A DNA stretch of 64,000 nucleotides. It comes from Eubacteriales bacterium (GTDB taxonomy: Bacteria; Bacillota; Clostridia; Oscillospirales; CAG-272). Under the pieces are notes generated by a model. It was given only the letters and a program-made list of their open reading frames with translations. It ran no database searches and had not been told where the DNA came from. The position numbers were made by a program, and so were the translations under genes. Positions 56,945 through 64,000 of the stretch are shown in pieces (the stretch's first letter is position 1; each line of letters begins with the position of its first letter). The stretch lies in NCBI GenBank assembly GCA_045538895.1, contig JAZQEH010000078.1:7586-71585 (forward strand), read 5' to 3'.

Positions 56945-57735
56945 TGTATTTTGACTCTCATTCGCACTATTATGACAACCGCTTTAAAACCGAGTTTGAG
57001 GGCGGTGCGAGCAGATTGCTTGATGATTTGTTTGCTAACAATGTATGTGCAATAATCAATGTAGGTGACAGCATCAAGGCTTCCGAAAAGTGCATTAATC
57101 AAGCAAAAAAGTATAAAAATATGTATGTCGCCGCAGGTATTCATCCGAGCTGTGCAGGCGATGAAGGCCCTGTTGATAAGTGTCGCATTGCATTGTGTGA
57201 TTTGCTTGACGAAGCAGAGAAGAATAAGATAGTTGCAGTTGGCGAAATCGGTTTTGACTATCATTATGATGACACCGACAGGGAAACTCAACGTACATTT
57301 TTTGAAATGCAGATGCGTGTTGCCGAGATGTACGGTTTGCCCGTTGTGATTCACGACAGGGAGGCACATGGCGATTGTTTTGATATGGTATGCAAGTACC
57401 CGAATGTCAAGGGTGTATTCCACAGTTATAGCGGAAGTGCTGAAATGGCAGCGGAACTTATTAAACGTGGTTGGATGATCTCCTTTTCGGGCGTTGTTAC
57501 TTTTAAAAACGCTGAAAGAGTCCGAGCTGTTGCAAAAAGTGTACCGCTTGACAAAATGTTCATCGAAACCGATTGCCCGTATCTTGCACCGCACCCCCAC
57601 AGAGGCGAGTGCAATCATTCCGGCTTGCTTGAGTTTACTGCGGCAACTTTGGGTGAAGTACACGGTATTTCCGGTGAGGAGATTGCAAAAATAACCGCTG
57701 AAAACGCGGCGAGATTTTTTGGTATAAACTTATGA
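56944..57735 (+). CDS. tatD: TatD-family metal-dependent hydrolase/DNase
   Basis: FDSHSHY, GEIGFDYHY, VVIHDREAH, FHSYSG, and ETDCPYLAP. TAATG overlap with metG; the order matches B. subtilis metS-yabD. Confidence 0.93.
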   Translation: MYFDSHSHYYDNRFKTEFEGGASRLLDDLFANNVCAIINVGDSIKASEKCINQAKKYKNMYVAAGIHPSCAGDEGPVDKCRIALCDLLDEAEKNKIVAVGEIGFDYHYDDTDRETQRTFFEMQMRVAEMYGLPVVIHDREAHGDCFDMVCKYPNVKGVFHSYSGSAEMAAELIKRGWMISFSGVVTFKNAERVRAVAKSVPLDKMFIETDCPYLAPHPHRGECNHSGLLEFTAATLGEVHGISGEEIAKITAENAARFFGINL

Positions 57736-58349
57736 AAGATATGACTATAACCTATGAGGTTGACGGAGCTCTTTATGTGAATATTACGAACCGTTGTTCC
57801 AACCGTTGCGATTTTTGTATTCGTAACAACGGTGACGGTGCATATGGTTCAAATTCTCTATGGCTTACACGTGAGCCTACGTGTGACGAGATTTTCTCGA
57901 GCATTGAGCAGGCAAATCCCGAAAACTATTCGGAACTTGTCTTTTGCGGTTACGGCGAGCCTACCGAAAGACTTGAAGACCTCATAGCTGTTGCAAAACG
58001 TGTTAAAGAAAAGTATTCTGTCAAGATCAGAATAAATACCAACGGTCATTCTTCTTTGATTCACAAATGTGATACTGCACCGATGTATAAAGATGTTATT
58101 GACACCGTTTCGATCAGCCTTAATGCACCAAATGCAGAAGGATACGACAAGGTATGTCACTCGGTATTCAAAGAGGCTGCTTTCTATGGGCTGCTTGATT
58201 TTGCAAAGGAAGTAAAAAAATATGTTCCGAGTGTTATTCTCAGTGTAGTTGACATTGCTCTTTCGGAAAAAGAGATAGAAGAATGCGGAAGAATTGCCGC
58301 AAGTGTAGGCGTTCCGCTTCGTGTACGCAAGTATATTGGTAATGAGTAA
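57732..58349 (+). CDS. Small radical SAM protein, TatD-associated type
   Basis: CSNRCDFC (CxxxCxxC) 4Fe-4S/SAM cluster motif near the N-terminus and FCGYGEP. ATGA overlap with tatD. About 205 aa, as I recall for the TatD-linked radical SAM family. Confidence 0.82.
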   Translation: MKDMTITYEVDGALYVNITNRCSNRCDFCIRNNGDGAYGSNSLWLTREPTCDEIFSSIEQANPENYSELVFCGYGEPTERLEDLIAVAKRVKEKYSVKIRINTNGHSSLIHKCDTAPMYKDVIDTVSISLNAPNAEGYDKVCHSVFKEAAFYGLLDFAKEVKKYVPSVILSVVDIALSEKEIEECGRIAASVGVPLRVRKYIGNE

Positions 58350-58350
58350 C

Positions 58351-58382
58351 AAAAAGGCGGCTAAAAAATGCCGCCTTTTTTC
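58351..58382 (+). terminator. Rho-independent terminator after the radical SAM gene
   Basis: AGGCGGC-taaaaaat-GCCGCCT followed by TTTTT. Confidence 0.8.
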
Positions 58383-58404
58383 TGTATTTTAAGTGTATTT
58401 CCGG

Positions 58405-58434
58405 TTGACAATCAGCCGTATAATATGATATAAT
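58405..58434 (+). promoter_or_regulatory. Candidate sigma-A promoter for pyrC-carB-pyrK-pyrD
   Basis: TTGACA, 18-nt spacer, TATAAT. Confidence 0.55.
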
Positions 58435-58472
58435 TTGATAGATAAAATATAAGTTGAATTAAGGAGATAATT

Positions 58473-59687
58473 ATGTCACAGCAATCTACCGCAAAATTCG
58501 TTGCTATGTCCGATAAGCCTTCACTCAAAGGCTTTGCTTGTGATTTCATTTCTGCGGATAAGTTTTCTGTTTTTCGCTCTCCCTCTTTCGCTATTTTTCC
58601 CGGCTTTTGCGATGTGCATGTGCATTTTCGTGAGCCGGGCTTTTCTTATAAAGAAACGATAAAAACGGGAAGTATGGCGGCTGCACACGGCGGATACACT
58701 GCGGTTTGTACAATGCCGAATCTTAATCCTGTTCCGGATACAAAAGATAATATTGCCGTGCAGGTTGGTATTATCGAAAGCGACGCATGTATTCACGTTT
58801 ATCCTTACGGTGCAATTACTGTCGGTCAAAAAGGCGAACAGCTTTCGGATATGGAGGCAATGGCTGAATATGCAATTGCGTTTTCTGACGACGGCAGAGG
58901 CGTGCAGAGTGATGATATGATGCGTAATGCGATGCTTCGTGCAAAAGCACTCGGCAAGGTTATAGTTGCTCACTGTGAAGTGAATTCGCTTTTACGTGGC
59001 GGCTACATTCACGATGGTGAATATGCCGCAAAGCACTCTCACCGAGGAATTTGCAGCGAGAGCGAATATGCACAGATCGCACGTGATATTGAGCTTGTTA
59101 AAGAAACGGGATGTGCGTATCATGTGTGTCACATCTCCGCTAAAGAGAGCGTCGAACTGATTCGTAAGGCTAAAGCGGAGGGTGTAAACATTACTTGTGA
59201 AACTGCACCGCATTATCTTGTTATGGATGACAGTGATTTGCAGGAAGACGGCAGATTCAAAATGAATCCCCCTCTCCGTGGGAAAGAGGACAGACTTGCC
59301 CTTATCGAGGGAGTCAAAGACGGTACCATTGATATGATTGCTACCGACCATGCACCTCACAGTGCGGAGGAAAAATCAAAGGGACTTGAAGGAAGCTCGT
59401 TTGGAATTGTCGGACTGGAAACGGCATTTTCGGTTATGTATACAAAGCTTGTTTTAACCGGTGTTCTTACGCTTGAAAAGGTTATAGAATTGCTTTGCGA
59501 CAATCCGAGAAAACGTTTCGGTATACCGCTTGGTAATGATTTTACTGTTTGGAAACTTGATGAAGAGATTACCGTTGATCCGGAAAGCTTTTTGTCAAAG
59601 GGGCGCAGTACACCTTTTGACGGCGAAAAACTTTTTGGCGAATGCGTGCTCACTGTTTGTGACGGTAAAGTAGTTTTTAGTAAATAA
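58473..59687 (+). CDS. pyrC: Dihydroorotase
   Basis: FCDVHVHFREPG metal motif, DDGRGV, HCE, HVCHIS, and ATDHAPH. Confidence 0.92.
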   Translation: MSQQSTAKFVAMSDKPSLKGFACDFISADKFSVFRSPSFAIFPGFCDVHVHFREPGFSYKETIKTGSMAAAHGGYTAVCTMPNLNPVPDTKDNIAVQVGIIESDACIHVYPYGAITVGQKGEQLSDMEAMAEYAIAFSDDGRGVQSDDMMRNAMLRAKALGKVIVAHCEVNSLLRGGYIHDGEYAAKHSHRGICSESEYAQIARDIELVKETGCAYHVCHISAKESVELIRKAKAEGVNITCETAPHYLVMDDSDLQEDGRFKMNPPLRGKEDRLALIEGVKDGTIDMIATDHAPHSAEEKSKGLEGSSFGIVGLETAFSVMYTKLVLTGVLTLEKVIELLCDNPRKRFGIPLGNDFTVWKLDEEITVDPESFLSKGRSTPFDGEKLFGECVLTVCDGKVVFSK

Positions 59688-59721
59688 TAATTGGTTTCAG
59701 ATATAAAGGGAGGCTGTTTTT

Positions 59722-62700
59722 ATGGCAAAGAGAACGGATATAAAGAAAGTTTTAATCATCGGCTCCGGACCTATCGTTATCGGTCAGGCTGCCGAATTTG
59801 ACTATGCAGGTACTCAGGCGTGTCTTGCACTTAAAGAGGAGGGTTACGAGGTTGTTCTTTGTAACTCCAACCCTGCGACGATTATGACGGATACTTCTAT
59901 CGCTGATAAGGTGTATATGGAGCCGCTTACGCTTGAATACGTTGCAAAGATTCTTCGCTATGAGCGTCCTGACGCTATCGTTCCCGGTATTGGCGGTCAG
60001 ACCGGTCTTAATCTTGCCATGCAGCTTGAGAAAAAAGGCATTTTGAAAGAGTGCGGTGTAGAGCTTCTTGGTACAAGTAGCGAGAGTATCGAGCGTGCAG
60101 AAGACAGAGAACTTTTTAAGGAGCTTTGTCAGTCTATCGGCGAGCCTACAATTCCTTCGGAAATCACATATAGCATTGAAGAAGCAAAGGAAGCTGCTAA
60201 AAGAATCGGCTATCCTGTTGTTCTTCGTCCCGCATTTACACTTGGCGGTACCGGCGGCGGTTTTGCGTATAGCGAGGATGAGCTTGTCGAAATCGGCAGA
60301 AATGCATTTGCGCTTTCGCCCGTTCATCAGGTTCTTATAGAAAAGAGCGTAAAGGGATACAAAGAAATTGAGTTTGAGGTAATGCGTGACTCCAATGACC
60401 ATGCAATTACCATTTGCGGCATGGAAAACGTTGACCCTGTAGGTGTTCACACCGGTGACTCCATTGTAGTTGCTCCTATTATGACTCTTAACGACCATGA
60501 CCTTAAGATGCTCAATGACAGTGCTATTAAGATTATTCGTGAACTTAAGATCGAGGGTGGTTGTAATGTTCAGTTCGCACTCAACCCCGATTCTTCCGAG
60601 TATTATCTTATCGAAGTTAACCCTCGTGTTTCACGTTCTTCTGCACTTGCATCAAAGGCAAGCGGATATCCCATTGCCAGAGTAACTGCAAAGATTGCTG
60701 TTGGTATGGCACTTGAGGACATTGCAATCGCGAATACAAATGCGGCATTTGAGCCTAGTCTTGACTATGTAATCGCAAAGTTCCCGAGATTCCCGTTTGA
60801 CAAGTTCTCCACCGTTTCAAACGTTCTCGGTACACAGATGAAGGCTACCGGCGAGGTTATGGGCATAGGTTCAAACCTTGAGGAGTGTTTCCTCAAGTCG
60901 GTTCGTTCTCTTGAAATCGGTGCTGACCATTTCTATCTTCCCAAGTTTGCAAAAATGACCGAAGCTGAGCTGCTTGACTATATCACTGAGTTCAGAGATG
61001 ATAACATTTTTGCTATTGCCGAGCTTATGCGTAAAGGCGTTACGGTTGAAAAGCTTCATGATGTAACAAAGATTACTGCGTTTTTCCTTGAAGCTATCAA
61101 GAGAATCGTTGATATGGAAACGAAACTCAAGGAAAACGTTGATAATGTAGACGTTCTTGTTGAAGCTAAAAAAATGGGCTTTGGCGACAAGTGCATTGCT
61201 CGTATGTGGGGCAAAAAAGAGCTTGACGTTTATAATATCAGAAAAGAGAAGAATATTTTCCCGATATTCAAGATGGTTGATACCTGTCACACGGGTGCGT
61301 ATATTCCATATTTCTATTCGTCATATACCGGTGAAAATGCTTCTGTTCTTACGGATAAAAAGAAGCTTGTAGTTCTCGGTGCAGGTCCTATCCGTATCGG
61401 TCAGGGTGTTGAGTTTGACTATTCAACCGTTCATGCAGTATCAACTATCAAGCGTTCGGGTTACGAAGCTATTATTATTAACAACAACCCCGAAACGGTT
61501 TCTGCCGACTACACAACTGCTGATAAACTTTATTTTGAACCCCTTACTACTGAAGATGTTATGAATATTCTTCATTTCGAACAGCCTGAGGGTGTTATTG
61601 CTTCTCTTGGTGGTCAGACTGCTATTAATCTTGCTGAGCCTCTTGATTCACGTGGAGTTAAGATCGTTGGTACCGATTGTGAAGCTATTGACCGTGCGGA
61701 AAACCGTGACCGTTTTGAAAAGATTCTTGAAGAACTTAATATTCCTCAGCCAACAGGTAGAGCGGTTACAAAAATCGAGGACGGTATAAAAACCGCTTCC
61801 GAAATCGGATATCCTGTTCTTGTTCGCCCCAGCTTTGTTCTTGGCGGACGTGCAATGCAGATAGTTGCAAATGAGTCCCAGCTTCGTCACTACCTTAAGA
61901 CTGCTGTTGAAATCGACGAGGACAAGCCCGTACTTGTTGATAAGTATATTCAGGGTAAAGAGGTTGAGGTAGACGCCATTTGTGACGGTATTGATGTGTT
62001 TGTTCCCGGTATTATGGAACTTGTTGAGCGTACCGGTATCCATAGCGGCGACTCTATCAGCGTATATCCATCGTTCAGCATTTCAGACAAGGTTAAGGGC
62101 ATAATTCTTCAGTATGCTAAAAAACTCGGTCTTGGCATTGGTATTATAGGTCTTTATAATATTCAGTTTATCGTTGACAAAGACGAAAACGTTTTCATCA
62201 TCGAGGTTAATCCCCGTTCTTCACGAACAGTACCTTTCCTTTCCAAGGCAACCGGATACAGCCTTGCGGATATTGCTACTGAAGTAATCATGGGTAAGTC
62301 GCTTAAAGAGCAGGGAATATTCAGCATTTATCCTGAAGAAAAGAAGCGTTGGTATGTAAAGGTTCCTGTTTTCTCTTCGAACAAGATTAAGGGACTTGAC
62401 GTTTACCTTTCTCCCGAAATGAAGTCTACCGGTGAAGCTATCGGTTATGATGACAAGCTTAACCGTGCACTTTATAAGGCACTTCAGGCATCCGGTATGA
62501 AACTTCAGAATTACGGTACGGTTTTTGCAACCATTGCTGATAAGGATAAAGAGGAAGCACTTCCGCTTATGCGTAGATTCTATAACCTTGGCTTCAATAT
62601 CGAAGCTACCGCCGGTACTGCTAAATTCCTTAAGGAAAACGGTATTCGTACCCACGTTCTCGGCAAGATCAGTGATGGCAGTGATGAGATCATTGATTCT

Positions 62701-62895
62701 ATCCGCCGTGGCCACATTGCGTATGTAATAAATACAAGTGATGCGGGATCGGCAGGTCAGGCAAGCGATGGCTATGAAATTCGCCGTGCGGCTACTGAAA
62801 ATAACGCAAATATTTTCACAGCCCTTGATACTGTAAGCGTTTTGCTCGATGTTCTCGAAGAAACCACCTTGACTATTTCGACAATTGATGCTTAA
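59722..62895 (+). CDS. carB: Carbamoyl-phosphate synthase large subunit
   Basis: 1057 aa. Duplicated ATP-grasp halves (IIGSGPIVIGQAAEFDYAGTQA / VLGAGPIRIGQGVEFDYSTVHA) and a C-terminal MGS-like domain. Confidence 0.98.
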   Translation: MAKRTDIKKVLIIGSGPIVIGQAAEFDYAGTQACLALKEEGYEVVLCNSNPATIMTDTSIADKVYMEPLTLEYVAKILRYERPDAIVPGIGGQTGLNLAMQLEKKGILKECGVELLGTSSESIERAEDRELFKELCQSIGEPTIPSEITYSIEEAKEAAKRIGYPVVLRPAFTLGGTGGGFAYSEDELVEIGRNAFALSPVHQVLIEKSVKGYKEIEFEVMRDSNDHAITICGMENVDPVGVHTGDSIVVAPIMTLNDHDLKMLNDSAIKIIRELKIEGGCNVQFALNPDSSEYYLIEVNPRVSRSSALASKASGYPIARVTAKIAVGMALEDIAIANTNAAFEPSLDYVIAKFPRFPFDKFSTVSNVLGTQMKATGEVMGIGSNLEECFLKSVRSLEIGADHFYLPKFAKMTEAELLDYITEFRDDNIFAIAELMRKGVTVEKLHDVTKITAFFLEAIKRIVDMETKLKENVDNVDVLVEAKKMGFGDKCIARMWGKKELDVYNIRKEKNIFPIFKMVDTCHTGAYIPYFYSSYTGENASVLTDKKKLVVLGAGPIRIGQGVEFDYSTVHAVSTIKRSGYEAIIINNNPETVSADYTTADKLYFEPLTTEDVMNILHFEQPEGVIASLGGQTAINLAEPLDSRGVKIVGTDCEAIDRAENRDRFEKILEELNIPQPTGRAVTKIEDGIKTASEIGYPVLVRPSFVLGGRAMQIVANESQLRHYLKTAVEIDEDKPVLVDKYIQGKEVEVDAICDGIDVFVPGIMELVERTGIHSGDSISVYPSFSISDKVKGIILQYAKKLGLGIGIIGLYNIQFIVDKDENVFIIEVNPRSSRTVPFLSKATGYSLADIATEVIMGKSLKEQGIFSIYPEEKKRWYVKVPVFSSNKIKGLDVYLSPEMKSTGEAIGYDDKLNRALYKALQASGMKLQNYGTVFATIADKDKEEALPLMRRFYNLGFNIEATAGTAKFLKENGIRTHVLGKISDGSDEIIDSIRRGHIAYVINTSDAGSAGQASDGYEIRRAATENNANIFTALDTVSVLLDVLEETTLTISTIDA

Positions 62896-62904
62896 GAGGG
62901 AAAA

Positions 62905-63636
62905 ATGAAACAGGGAATATATAAAATTATTCAAAATGTTCCGCTTACCGATAATGTAATGCTTATGAAGCTTGCGGGCGACACAGAAGGTGTTGCCTGC
63001 GGGCAGTTCATCAACATAAAGCTTGACGGGCTCTATCTTCGCAGACCTATTTCTGTTTGTGATTGCGAAGACGGTATTATCACTATTATCTATAAGGTTG
63101 TCGGCAAAGGAACAAAACAGATGCAGGAAATGACCGATGGCGAGCTTGATGTTCTTATTGGGCTCGGCAACGGTTACGATACCTCGCTTTCGGGTGAGCA
63201 TGCACTTTTGCTTGGCGGCGGTGTTGGTGTTCCTCCCCTTTATATGCTTGCAAAAAAGCTTATTGCAGAGGGCAAAAAAGTATCTGTAATTCTTGGCTTT
63301 AACACCAAATCCGAGGTTTTTTATGAAAATGAATTTCGTGACCTCGGTGCTTCTGTTACAGTTACTACTGCTGACGGCTCATACGGAACAAAGGGATTTG
63401 TTACCGATGCAATCGGCGACATTGATTACACATATTTCTACACCTGCGGTCCCGAACCGATGCTTAAGGCGGTATACAATGCTACAAAGACAAGCGGGCA
63501 GTTAAGCTTTGAGGAACGTATGGGATGCGGATTCGGTGCATGTATGGGATGCTCTTGTAAGACTCTCTACGGAAACAAGAGAATCTGCAAAGACGGTCCC
63601 GTGCTTGTAAAGGAGGAGATAATATGGGAAAAATGA
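62905..63636 (+). CDS. pyrK: Dihydroorotate dehydrogenase B electron-transfer subunit
   Basis: FAD/NAD-binding fold (RRPISV) and a C-terminal 2Fe-2S motif CGFGACMGCSC...C. Confidence 0.93.
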   Translation: MKQGIYKIIQNVPLTDNVMLMKLAGDTEGVACGQFINIKLDGLYLRRPISVCDCEDGIITIIYKVVGKGTKQMQEMTDGELDVLIGLGNGYDTSLSGEHALLLGGGVGVPPLYMLAKKLIAEGKKVSVILGFNTKSEVFYENEFRDLGASVTVTTADGSYGTKGFVTDAIGDIDYTYFYTCGPEPMLKAVYNATKTSGQLSFEERMGCGFGACMGCSCKTLYGNKRICKDGPVLVKEEIIWEK

Positions 63637-64000
63637 ATGTAAACCTTTGCGGTATTGAACTCGATAATCCCATTATCCCCGCCAGCGGAACTTTTGGTTT
63701 CGGTTATGAGTTTGCAGAGCTTTATGACATAAATATGCTTGGTACTTTTTCGTTCAAGGGTACTACAAAGGAGCCTCGTTTCGGTAATCCTACACCCCGT
63801 ATTGCTGAATGTACTGCCGGTATGATAAATGCCGTAGGTCTTCAGAATCCCGGTGTTGAAAAGGTTATTTCCGAGGAGCTTCCTCGCCTTGCAAAGTGCT
63901 TTGACAAAAAAGTAATGGCAAATGTAAGCGGATTTTCGATTGAAGATTATGCTTACACATGCGAAAAACTTGATAAATGCGATCAGGTTGGCTGGCTCGA
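63624..64000 (+). CDS. pyrD: Dihydroorotate dehydrogenase B catalytic subunit (3' end outside window)
   Basis: The ATG at 63624 lies 5 nt after AGGAGGAG and overlaps the pyrK stop. Translation MGKMNVNLCGIELDNPIIPASGTFGFGYEF... is a typical class 1B PyrD N-terminus. Confidence 0.92.
   Translation, partial: MGKMNVNLCGIELDNPIIPASGTFGFGYEFAELYDINMLGTFSFKGTTKEPRFGNPTPRIAECTAGMINAVGLQNPGVEKVISEELPRLAKCFDKKVMANVSGFSIEDYAYTCEKLDKCDQVGWL

Noticed and set aside
1-64000. Search for CRISPR arrays, tRNA/rRNA genes, IS elements, prophage genes, toxin-antitoxin pairs or known defence-system signatures (large ATPase/nuclease/helicase clusters, reverse transcriptases, etc.).
   Set aside because: None recognised. 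Intergenic regions are short (at most ~350 nt) and are explained by promoters, terminators or leaders. Every ORF over 100 aa that is not antisense to a conserved gene has a plausible housekeeping, sporulation or envelope assignment, except for the few hypotheticals listed.

Overview
By eye this window is about 60 tightly packed genes of conserved Firmicutes/Clostridia core genome, from a spore-former. A cohesin-domain protein and the overall gene content weakly suggest Oscillospiraceae/Ruminococcaceae. All identifications come from motif and synteny recognition, with no searches run. Most blocks match classic Bacillus/Clostridium operons: spo0A; scpA-scpB-(DUF2953-ytfJ)-dacB-like-rluB; lon-engB; infC-rpmI-rplT with an L20-type leader and an ATT start; dprA-topA-trmFO-plsX-rnc; smc-ftsY; rdgB-yhbY-nadD-yqeK-LCP-rsfS-leuS; rpsU; spoIIGA-sigE; rpmE; hflX-yigZ; dgt-dnaG-rpoD; gltX-glnS; cwlD; metG-tatD-radical SAM; and pyrC-carB-pyrK-pyrD. 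I saw no rRNA, tRNA, CRISPR array, transposase, integrase, phage gene or recognisable defence system. I cannot point to a clear novel system here. The most second-look-worthy items are modest: (1) a 3-codon mini-ORF overlapping the terminator stem directly upstream of hflX, a possible ribosome-mediated attenuator; (2) an orphan LipO-like solute-binding lipoprotein with an embedded copper-amine-oxidase-N-like 'stalk' domain; (3) a secreted cohesin + HxH..CxCGH knuckle + double stalk-domain protein; (4) a translationally coupled TatD/radical-SAM pair of unknown function; (5) an FkbM-methyltransferase plus unknown-protein cassette between rpsU and a HIT gene; (6) an overlapping DUF3343 (Se/S-carrier-like)/cysteine-desulfurase pair. 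Several synteny departures are also recorded: no spoIVB next to spo0A, no sigG after sigE, no carA before carB, and no fabD-fabG-acpP between plsX and rnc. Many ORF-track starts are 5'-extended, and I give the start best supported by RBS spacing and family N-termini.
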